From contig NC_001264.1 of NCBI RefSeq assembly GCF_000008565.1, forward strand, positions 95,417-127,416: a stretch of DNA of 32,000 bases, read 5' to 3'. Below the pieces are notes generated by a model. It did not search any database. It was given only the letters and a program-made list of their open reading frames with translations, and was not told where the DNA came from. Source of the DNA: Deinococcus radiodurans R1 = ATCC 13939 = DSM 20539. GTDB lineage: Bacteria; Deinococcota; Deinococci; Deinococcales; Deinococcaceae. Positions 1 to 7,202 of the stretch are shown here, one piece after another. Position 1 is the first letter of the stretch; every line of letters begins with the position of its first letter. A program made the translations under genes and the position numbers.

Positions 1-2
1 GC

Positions 3-698
3 ATCAGCGACTACACCGGCACCCTGAACGACCCCGAAGGGCTCAACGACGCCGCGCTCGAACTGGTCATCGACCAGAAGAAATACTTCAACTTCGTCGT
101 GGACGATGTGGAAGCGCAGCAGAGCATCATCCGCCTGGTGGACGAAGGCTCCAAGCGTGCTGCTCAGGCCATGAGCGACGTGCGTGACCTTTACGTGGCG
201 GGTTTCCACAGCGCCGTCGATGCCGCCAACCTCGTCGGCACCGACGCCACGCCCGTCGTGGTCGGTTTCGCAGGCGGGCAGACCAAGCCCTACGACGCTT
301 TCCTCGACCTGACTCAGAAGCTCGACGAGGCCAACATCCCCACCGTGGATCGCCGCGTGGTGCTGCCGCCCTGGTTCATTCGCGCCCTGAAGGCGCAGTT
401 CGGGGACCGGGGCAGCGGCCTGGGCGACAAGATCGCCCTCGACGGTATGGCCGGGCAGCTCGACGGCGTGACCATCTACCAGTCCAATAACGTGCCCAAC
501 GTGGGCGGCGAGAAGTACAAGATCATGATGGGCAAGGACTACATCACCTTCGCCGACCAGATCGTGAAGACTGAAACCTACCGCCCCGAGCGCAAGTTCG
601 GCACCGGCGTCAAGGGCCTGCACGTCTACGGCGCCAAGAACCTTCAGCCCAAGGGCTTCGCCGTCGGCACCTTCAACAAGGGCCAGATCAGCAAGTAA
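3..698 (+). CDS. Phage major capsid protein, 5'-partial (open to window edge)
   Basis: The frame of ORF 99-698 stays open back to nt 3 (ISDYTGTLNDPEGLNDAALELVIDQKKYFNFVVDD...). The C-terminal pattern ...KGLHVYGAKNLQPKGFAV is typical of phage coat proteins. It sits first in the structural operon and is followed by a terminator, as expected for a highly expressed capsid gene. Confidence 0.7.
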   Translation: MSDYTGTLNDPEGLNDAALELVIDQKKYFNFVVDDVEAQQSIIRLVDEGSKRAAQAMSDVRDLYVAGFHSAVDAANLVGTDATPVVVGFAGGQTKPYDAFLDLTQKLDEANIPTVDRRVVLPPWFIRALKAQFGDRGSGLGDKIALDGMAGQLDGVTIYQSNNVPNVGGEKYKIMMGKDYITFADQIVKTETYRPERKFGTGVKGLHVYGAKNLQPKGFAVGTFNKGQISK

Positions 699-702
699 TT
701 TT

Positions 703-744
703 CCCCCTGGACCGACTGAGCCTCCCTGACCGGGGGGCTTTTTT
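703..744 (+). terminator. Rho-independent terminator after capsid gene
   Basis: CCCCCTGG (703-710) pairs with CCGGGGGG (730-737), one G-U pair included, followed by a T6 run (739-744). Confidence 0.6.
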
Positions 745-761
745 CGTTCCCTGAGGTGCTC

Positions 762-1013
762 ATGAGCGATGAGAAACAAGACAGCGCCTGGTTCCGCCAC
801 CGCGACAGCGGGCAGGTGTTCGAGGCGTCGGGCCGCTTCCTGCCGGACGCCCGCAAGAACCGGGAGCTGGAAGAAACCATCAACCCGGAAACGGCGGTCA
901 AGATGGAACTCGACAAGCGCGAAATCAAGTACCAGCCCAACACCGGCTACAAGAAGCTCCAGGCGCTGTTGACTGAAGCCCTCGAAGCCGAAGCGGCGCA
1001 GAAGCCCGACTGA
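762..1013 (+). CDS. Hypothetical phage protein (small, charged)
   Basis: ORF 756-1013. GAGG at 752-755 favours the ATG at 762. Its stop overlaps the next start (TGATG at 1011-1015). Confidence 0.5.
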   Translation: MSDEKQDSAWFRHRDSGQVFEASGRFLPDARKNRELEETINPETAVKMELDKREIKYQPNTGYKKLQALLTEALEAEAAQKPD

Positions 1014-1378
1014 TGGCCGGCCAAACCAATCCGCGTGACGCCCCTGCGTGCATCGCCCTCGCCCAGCGGCAGGTCGGAGACGCGGGCGGCTGGACGCCGG
1101 AGCAGTGGCAGGCGCAGCTCACTGACGACGGCGCCGTGCGCCCGGTAGAGGGCGTGCAGCAGATGTTCTACCGCCCCTACAAAACGGCGATCGCCTACCT
1201 GCTGCGCCCCCGCGTGACCGCTCGTGTTGAGGGCGACGTGTCCGAGCAGTACGGCGACCTGACCGCGACAGTGGAAAACCTGCGCGAGCTGGATGCCGAG
1301 TGGGTAGCGGGACGCATCCCACCCGAGGCGGTCAGCGCCGACACCTGGGACAGCACCATCACCTGGGGCGGCTGGTAA
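1013..1378 (+). CDS. Putative head-tail connector/adaptor protein
   Basis: 121-aa ORF translationally coupled on both sides (TGATG, TAATG). The call rests on size and position between capsid and head-closure genes. Confidence 0.45.
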   Translation: MAGQTNPRDAPACIALAQRQVGDAGGWTPEQWQAQLTDDGAVRPVEGVQQMFYRPYKTAIAYLLRPRVTARVEGDVSEQYGDLTATVENLRELDAEWVAGRIPPEAVSADTWDSTITWGGW

Positions 1379-1698
1379 TGCTGCTTCCTCAGTTCCGTGA
1401 CGAGGCCGTGACCCTGCTGGTGCAGGTGCCTGGGCAGAAGGGGCGGCTGGGCGGCGAGGTCAGTCCACCGACCTACACGCCTGGTGAGACGCACACGGCG
1501 CTGGTGACGAATCTGGGTGCAGAGCAGGCCGTGAAGCTGGGGCTGACGGCCACCGGGCAGCGCTGGCGGGTGCGCCTGCCTGCGGGCGTCCTGGTCGTGC
1601 CGGGGGACCGCCTGCGGTTCCGGGGCCGGGAATGGAAGGCCGCGCTGGTCGAAGTGCGGACAAGCTACACCAAGGTGATTGCGGAGGAAATCCGCTAA
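1378..1698 (+). CDS. Putative head closure / head-tail joining protein
   Basis: The internal ATG at 1378 of ORF 1300-1698 overlaps the previous stop (TAATG). The 106-aa product MLLPQFRDEAVTLL...RLRFRGREWKAALVEV has the size and pattern of the SPP1 gp16 / Phage_H_T_join type. Confidence 0.5.
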   Translation: MLLPQFRDEAVTLLVQVPGQKGRLGGEVSPPTYTPGETHTALVTNLGAEQAVKLGLTATGQRWRVRLPAGVLVVPGDRLRFRGREWKAALVEVRTSYTKVIAEEIR

Positions 1699-1701
1699 AA
1701 T
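1696..1701 (+). promoter_or_regulatory. -10-like hexamer TAAAAT, 7 nt upstream of the tRNA-like element
   Basis: TAAAAT at 1696-1701 overlaps the stop codon of the previous gene. Its spacing puts a transcription start at ~1708-1709. I could find no convincing -35. Confidence 0.3.
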
Positions 1702-1708
1702 CCTTGTG

Positions 1709-1812
1709 ACGCGGTTGGGTGAGAGGCTGAAACCTATAGCCGTTATGAGTCATGGGAGTGAGGAACGGCTCAATACTCCACATGACCATCCGTTCGAATC
1801 GGATGCCGCGTG
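1709..1812 (+). ncRNA. tRNA-like structured RNA (type-II/Ser-like D-arm, consensus T-arm, 7-bp acceptor stem) with a non-canonical anticodon domain
   Basis: Acceptor stem: ACGCGGT (1709-1715) pairs with GCCGCGT (1805-1811), 6 Watson-Crick pairs plus 1 G-U. U8/G9 lie at 1716-1717. D-arm: GGT-GAGAGGCTGAA-ACC (1718-1734). T-arm: ATCCG-TTCGAAT-CGGAT (1788-1804) with the G53-C61 pair. The centre is a 6-bp stem, GCCGTT (1739-1744) with AACGGC (1764-1769), closing a 19-nt loop rather than a 5-bp/7-nt anticodon arm. Total length is 104 nt. Confidence 0.5.
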
Positions 1813-1814
1813 TC

Positions 1815-1836
1815 CTGCCCAGAGATGGGCAGTTTT
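1815..1836 (+). terminator. Terminator-like hairpin directly after the tRNA-like element
   Basis: CTGCCC (1815-1820) pairs with GGGCAG (1827-1832) around a 6-nt loop, followed by TTTT (1833-1836). Confidence 0.45.
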
Positions 1837-1855
1837 CCATTTGGAGAGTGAACTA

Positions 1856-2230
1856 GTGCCAGCCGACTTCAGCAGTGTTCGAGAAGCGGGAATAGACGTG
1901 CTTCAGCAGGAACTCGCCAATCGGGCGCAGCGCCTGCGAAATGGCATTGTCGAGGAACTCTCCCGCCCCGGCACAGGCCGCACCTACCGCACGGGCCACC
2001 GCACCGCGCCCCACAGCACCCACCAGGCCAGTGCCCCCGGCGAGTCTCCAGCGGTCAATACGGGCCGACTCCGGCAGTCCATCACCGCGTTGCGGATCAG
2101 CCCGATGAACTGGCGGGTGGGGACAAACGTGGACTACGCCCTGCACCTGGAGTTCGGCACACGGCGCATGGCCCCCCGCCCGTTCCTGCGCCCGGCAGCA
2201 GACAAAGAGCGTGAGCGTGGTGCGCCGTGA
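1856..2230 (+). CDS. HK97 gp10-family phage tail-component protein
   Basis: GTG at 1856 is preceded by GGAGAG (1843-1848). The motif ...AVNTGRLRQSI...VGTNVDYALHLEFGTRRMAPRPFLRPA is characteristic of the HK97-gp10-like family. The upstream part of ORF 1679-2230 covers the RNA element and was rejected as coding. Confidence 0.75.
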   Translation: MPADFSSVREAGIDVLQQELANRAQRLRNGIVEELSRPGTGRTYRTGHRTAPHSTHQASAPGESPAVNTGRLRQSITALRISPMNWRVGTNVDYALHLEFGTRRMAPRPFLRPAADKERERGAP

Positions 2231-2562
2231 GCGGGCCTTACGACGTGCTGGCTGATGCTTATGCGGCGCTGCTGGAACTGACCGAACGGGTCTACCTGCC
2301 GGACCAGTCGTTACCTGACGACGAAACTCCCCTCATCCGCCTGGACCTCATCGGCTGGACCGACCGCGCCCGCTACGGCTCGGCGTCCGCCCTCACCCGC
2401 ATTCAGGTCAGTGTCTGGGCGAACAGCCTGGACGCGGCCATCAGCCTGCACCAGCAGGCCAGGGAGCGGCTCGTGGGCCTCCGGTACAGACCGGACGGCG
2501 GCGGGCAACTCAGCGACCCCGACACCAAGCAGTTCGGCTGGAGAGCCGACTACCGGAGATAA
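2227..2562 (+). CDS. Putative tail completion / tail terminator protein
   Basis: 111-aa ORF with a GTGA overlap to the previous gene, positioned immediately upstream of the major tail gene. Confidence 0.45.
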   Translation: MSGPYDVLADAYAALLELTERVYLPDQSLPDDETPLIRLDLIGWTDRARYGSASALTRIQVSVWANSLDAAISLHQQARERLVGLRYRPDGGGQLSDPDTKQFGWRADYRR

Positions 2563-2564
2563 CC

Positions 2565-3051
2565 ATGTCTGACTTCCATATTGGAGACAACAACGCCGTC
2601 CGCTTCGCCATCGTGCCCAAAGGCACGTCCGCGCGTCCGGCCACCGCCGCGTTTTTCTCGCTTCCCAACGTGACCACCAGCGACGCCCCCATCTCGGCGT
2701 CGAGCGTCACCAAGAAGTACTACAAGACCAACGGCGGCACGGCGACTCGTGGCACCGGCGCCACGGTGACGTTCACCGTCAGCGGGGACCTGCCCCAGGA
2801 CAAGGCGCTGCGCGAACCCGTCTACCGCCTCCGCAAGGCGATCCTGAACGGGGACCAGATTTACCTGGAGCGGGCGTTCGACGAGGAGGCCCCCGCTGCC
2901 GAATGGGAAGGCGTTCGCCTCCCTGACGAACGCGGCGCTGCCCAGCCCCTCGGACAACGCCACCACCTACAGCTTCACGGCGGGCATCTCCGGCGAGCTG
3001 AAGGGGCCGCATCAGGCCGCTCCCGACGCCCCCAGCGCCCCCGGCGCCTGA
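2565..3051 (+). pseudogene. Major tail protein, reading frame broken as sequenced (frame 0 to frame +1, probably at the C5 run 2890-2894)
   Basis: GGAG lies before the ATG at 2565. Frame 0 reads protein-like until ~2900 and then becomes R-rich junk (RLPDERGAAQPLGQRHHLQLHGGHLRRAEG...). The +1 frame reads AFASLTNAALPSPSDNATTYSFTAGISGELKGPHQAAPDAPSAPGA and stops at 3049-3051. Removing one C from the C5 run joins the two parts. Confidence 0.6.
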
Positions 3052-3053
3052 AC

Positions 3054-3299
3054 GTGCCTCTCTTCGCCCTGGCCCGCCGCAATGGCGAGCCAGTGGCCCT
3101 GATCACGGGTGCCCACCGCGATGGTGGGCGCCTGTATGCGGGGCTGCTGGTTGTGCAGGCCGGCTTGACCCGGCGGCGCTGGACATTTCAAGACACCGAA
3201 ACAAAAGAAAAGCTCGTTTTGGAGCTACCCAAGGACGCGCTGCACCTCAAGCGAGGGGCAAACACAGCGCGGGTCTGGCTGGAGGTTTATGACCGCTGA
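3054..3299 (+). CDS. Hypothetical small phage protein (82 aa), artificially fused to the major tail ORF in the six-frame track
   Basis: GTG at 3054 lies 2 nt after the inferred major-tail stop. The sequence VPLFALARRNGEPVALITGAH...ARVWLEVYDR is protein-like. Its stop overlaps the chaperone start region. Confidence 0.4.
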   Translation: MPLFALARRNGEPVALITGAHRDGGRLYAGLLVVQAGLTRRRWTFQDTETKEKLVLELPKDALHLKRGANTARVWLEVYDR

Positions 3300-3759
3300 A
3301 CTGCAATGGGGCAGCCGGGGCACGCCCACCCCTTACCCGATCACCGAAGAGGCCCGCGAGGCCCTGCAAGAGCAGCAGATCGAGGCGCCGGAGCACCTGG
3401 TGCTGCACCTCCGTTCGGCCACCGGGCGTGAGCGCAAGAAGTTCCAGGCCGCGCTGGGCAAGTGCAAGTCCGAGGATGACCTGCGCGAATTGCTCGCCGA
3501 CCTGCTGCTCACCCGCATGGACGAGGGCACCGACCGGCGGATCGTGCGTGAAGTGCTGGAGGACGCCGACCAGACCGCCCTGAACCAGCTTCAGTACGCC
3601 TATGTCAACGGGGTCATTCCCGAGGGAAAAGCCCTGGAGCGGGCCGTCCAGGCGACAGCGGCCCGACTCACCCCAAGGACGCTCGACGCCCTCGCAGCTA
3701 CCTCAAGGCCGTCTTCGCCGCCTTCTACGGCGTTCGTCCCTGGGAATGGGACCACCTGA
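3289..3759 (+). CDS. Tail assembly chaperone (gpG-like, zero-frame product)
   Basis: GGAGGT lies before the ATG at 3289. The gene sits between the major tail and tape measure genes and contains the slippery heptamer. Confidence 0.7.
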   Translation: MTAELQWGSRGTPTPYPITEEAREALQEQQIEAPEHLVLHLRSATGRERKKFQAALGKCKSEDDLRELLADLLLTRMDEGTDRRIVREVLEDADQTALNQLQYAYVNGVIPEGKALERAVQATAARLTPRTLDALAATSRPSSPPSTAFVPGNGTT

Positions 3760-4103
3760 CCAAAGAAGACATCGAGGACTTGGACGTGGAATTGTCCACG
3801 GTCTTCTACCTGCGGGACCGGGCGATGCGGGAATATCACTTCTACAAGTTGCCTGAGGAGGCCCGCAAAGGTCTGGCCGAGCCGCCGGAATCGCCCAAGA
3901 ACGGACGCCTCACGGCAGAGCAACAGATCAGTCGGGACGCCCTCGTGGCGTTCATGTCGGACTACAACCTGCCTGAGCTGCAGCACCGCGTCCCAGGTGC
4001 CGCGGCACGGGAACTACTGGCACTGCACAAGGCAGGCAAGCTGCCCCGCTGGGCACAGAAGGCCGTGCGGCTGCGCGAAATGCGGGCGGCGGCAAGGGGG
4101 TGA
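3289..4103 (+). CDS. Tail assembly chaperone GT-like fusion made by programmed -1 ribosomal frameshift at 3624-3630
   Basis: The -1 frame is open from the slip site to 4103. It reads ...SYLKAVFAAFYGVRPWEWDHLTKEDIEDL... and continues into ORF 3780-4103, which has no good start of its own (TTG). Confidence 0.65.
3624..3630 (+). promoter_or_regulatory. -1 frameshift slippery heptamer G GGA AAA
   Basis: It fits the X XXY YYZ pattern in the correct phase of the 3289 frame (gag gga aaa), close to the lambda G/GT site GGGAAAG. A GC hairpin, GGGCCG (3641-3646) with CGGCCC (3659-3664), lies 10 nt downstream. Confidence 0.7.
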
Positions 4104-6293
4104 ACTATGGCATCAGGTGGAGGCACGGGCGGACAGGCCGCAGAAGTTTACGTCGATCTCGTCGGGCGGTTCGATGAATTCGAGCGCCGTTTAGCCGAGG
4201 TCGAATCTGGTGCCGGTGACGCAGGTGAGCGGGCAGGCTCCGGCTTCGGCGACAAATTCAGCGCCGGGTTGACCATCGCCGCTGGCGGCCTCCTGGCCCT
4301 GACGGGAGCGGTGACTGCCGTCGTGGGCAGCACCGTGGGGCTGGCACAGGAAGCGGCGCAGAACGTCAACGACTTCCAGGCCAAGCTGGGCGCGTCCCGA
4401 GAGGAAGCCGAAAAGCTGGGAACCGTCGCCGAGCAGGTCTTTGGCGACAACTGGACCGGCAGCCTCTCTGAGGCCGGGGAGGCCGTCGCCAATGTGCGCC
4501 GGGAGGTCAAGGGCCTGACCGATGAGGAACTGGCCGGAGTCACTGGAGCCACTGTTGCCATCGCGGAAAACTTCGACGAGGAGCAACAGCGCGTGGCCGC
4601 GTCGGTGCAGGCCGTCATGCAGGCGACTGGCGTCGGCGCCAAGGAAGCCACCGACTTCATCGCGGCGGGCTTCCAGCGTGGGCTGAACACCTCCGGGGAC
4701 TTCCTGGACACGCTCATGGAGTACGGTCCGCAGTTCGAGAAATCCAAGATCGGGGCTGACCAACTGTTCTCGATGCTCGAAACCGGGGCGCAGAAAGGCG
4801 CGTTGGGGACGGATAAAATCGCGGACGCCTTCAAAGAATTCGGACTGACCGTAACGGATGTTTCCGACGCCAGCACCGAGACCTACGCCGAGTTGGGCCT
4901 GAGCCACAGCAAGATCGTGGCCGACATCAACAGCGGCAAGATGACCACCGCCGAAGCCTTCGAGCTGGTCACCAAGAAGCTGAACGAGGTCAAGGGAGTG
5001 GCCGACAAGACCCGCATCAGCGCCGCCGTATTCGGTGGGGCTGGTGAGGACATGGCGGCGGGGCTGGCCGGAATCGACCTGACCAAAACCAAGCTCAAAG
5101 ACCTGCAAGGGGCCACCGACGCCCTGAATGCCAAGTACAACAACTTTGGCAGCCTCGCTGAGGGCATGTGGCGCAAGGTGCAGGTCGCCCTGCTGCCGGT
5201 GGGCAAAGAACTGCTCGGCATGGCAAACGAGGCGGTGCCCTACCTGACCAAGGCGTTCGACCAGGTGGGTCAAAAGCTCCCTGGCATGATCAAGAGCGGG
5301 ATCGAGACGGCCAAACAGTTCGGGGCCACTGCCGTCAACGTCTACAACTCGGTCAAGCCTGCCATTGAAACCACCGTGGTCACGGTGCAGAAGCTCAGCA
5401 GCTTCATCGAACGGAACAAGGAAGTCCTGATTCCGCTGACAGCTGCTGTGGGGGCTGGTGCTGCTGCGTTCGGGCTGTACCGCGCCGGAGTCGTGGCGGT
5501 GACCGTCGCCAAAGCCGCCTGGACGGTTGCCACCACAGCGGCCACCACCGCAAGTGTGGCCCTCCGCGCGGCCATCGCCTTCCTGACGGGTCCCATCGGT
5601 CTGGCGATCGCGGCCATTGGCCTCCTGGTCGGTGCGGGCGTGGCGCTCTACCGCAACTGGGATGAGGTCGTCTCCTGGGCGCACAAGACGTGGAACCAGA
5701 TCAAGGGCATCGTCGAGAACGCTATCAATGGGGCCATGTCCTACCTGCGCGGTGTGGACATGAAAGGCGTGGGCCTCGACATCGTGCAGGGCCTGGTAAA
5801 CGGCATCCTGGCCGGGCCGCGCCTGGTGCTCGCCGCCGCCCGCAACCTGGGCAGCAAGGTCATTGAGGGTGTCAAGGGTGTCCTCAACATCCAGTCACCC
5901 TCCCGCGTGATGAAAGAGCTGGGCGAGTTCACGGGTCAGGGCTTCGTGATGGGCCTGGAATCTGAGGTGCCGAGCGTTCGCAAGGCCGCCGAAGCGACAG
6001 CCAAAGCGTTTCTGGATTCGTTCAGCGACCTGAAGCTGGAACGGTCGGTGGGCAACGTGGACCTCACCACCTACACCCGCACGCTGGAGCAGGCCGCCGC
6101 GCAGCTGCGCAGCAAGCTCAAGACAGTGCAGGAGGGCACCCCTGCCTATGTTGCCTGGCTCAAGGCGCTCCAGACCGTGACGAGCGAGCTGGACGCGGTC
6201 AAGAGCAAGAGCAGCGGCGCTCAGGCATCAGCCAAGGGTCTCGCCGACGAGCTGACCCGCAACCGTCAACAGATCGAGCGCGGCGAGGCGATG

Positions 6294-7199
6294 GAGCAGT
6301 ACGTGGGGAGCCTGCGCTCGGCCACCTCGGCGCAACTGGCCTCGGCGCTCGAAACGGCCAGAGCCAGGGGCGAAACCGAGAAATACAACGCGATTCGTGA
6401 CGAGCAGCGCCGCCGCACCGACGCGGCCACCGCTGCCCAGAACAAGGCCACCGACTCGGTGCGCCGGCACCAGGAACAGGTGGCGGACACCCGTTCCCAA
6501 ATCGCTGCCAACGAGGCACAAGAACGCTATGTTCTCGGACTGCGTTCAGCCACCGACGCTCAGCTCCGCTCGGCGCTCGAAACCGCCCGGAGCCGGGGCG
6601 AAATGGAGCGGTACAACGCAATCCGCGACGAACAGCGCCGGCGCACCGACGCGGCTACCGCTGCTCAGGAAAAGGCGACGGAAGCGGCGCGGCGCCACCG
6701 GGAAGAAGTCGCGGACAACCGTGCCCAGATTGCCGCTGGCGAGGCGCAAGAGCGCTATCTGGCTGGGCTGCGCTCGGCCACTGATGCCCAACTCCGTTCG
6801 GCCCTGGAAACTGCCCGCAGTCGCGGCGAGGTGGAAAAATACAACGCGATTCGTGACGAGCAAAAGCGCCGTGCTGATGCTGTCCGGGACGCTGAGGATA
6901 AGGCGACTGAGGCCACCCGCCGTCAGCAGCAGCAGCTGGCCGACAACCGTGCCCAGATTGTCGCGGGTGAGTCGCAGGAACGCTACGTGCGCGGCCTGCG
7001 CTCGGCCACTGATGCCCAACTCGCCAGTGCCCTCGCCACCGCCCGCGCTGGTGGCGAGATCGAGAAGTACAACCTGATCCGGGCCGAGCAGAAGCGCCGC
7101 ACTGACGCCGCTGCCGACGCCCAGGAGAAGGCCGCTGAAGCCTCGCGCCGGGAAGCCGAAGCCGCTACCCAGGGGCGCAAGGCCATCGCTGAAGGGCGT
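6294..7199 (+). repeat. 4 in-frame tandem repeats of 228 nt (76 aa) inside the tape measure gene
   Basis: Units start at 6294, 6522, 6750 and 6978. Consensus: ERYVxGLRSATDAQLxSALETARxRGExEKYNAIRDEQxRRTDAAxxAQxKATEAxRRxxEQxADNRAQIAAGEAQ. Confidence 0.9.
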
Positions 7200-7202
7200 G
7201 AG

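Noticed and set aside
1709-1812. The tRNA-like sequence might be a phage attachment (attP) core or a 3' tRNA fragment.
   Set aside because: Both acceptor strands, the D-arm and the T-arm are all present, and the element sits in the middle of the structural operon rather than next to an integrase or at a prophage end.
1679-1855. N-terminal 59-codon extension of the gp10-like ORF (start at 1679).
   Set aside because: The region is AT-richer and lacks the codon bias of its neighbours. It contains the tRNA-like fold and a terminator hairpin. A GGAGAG plus GTG start at 1856 gives a normal-length HK97-gp10-like protein.
2565-3299. A programmed frameshift or read-through might give long and short major tail isoforms.
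   Set aside because: The frame-0 continuation between ~2910 and 3053 is Arg-rich nonsense. There is no slippery motif, only a C5 homopolymer. The downstream part is better explained as a separate small gene.
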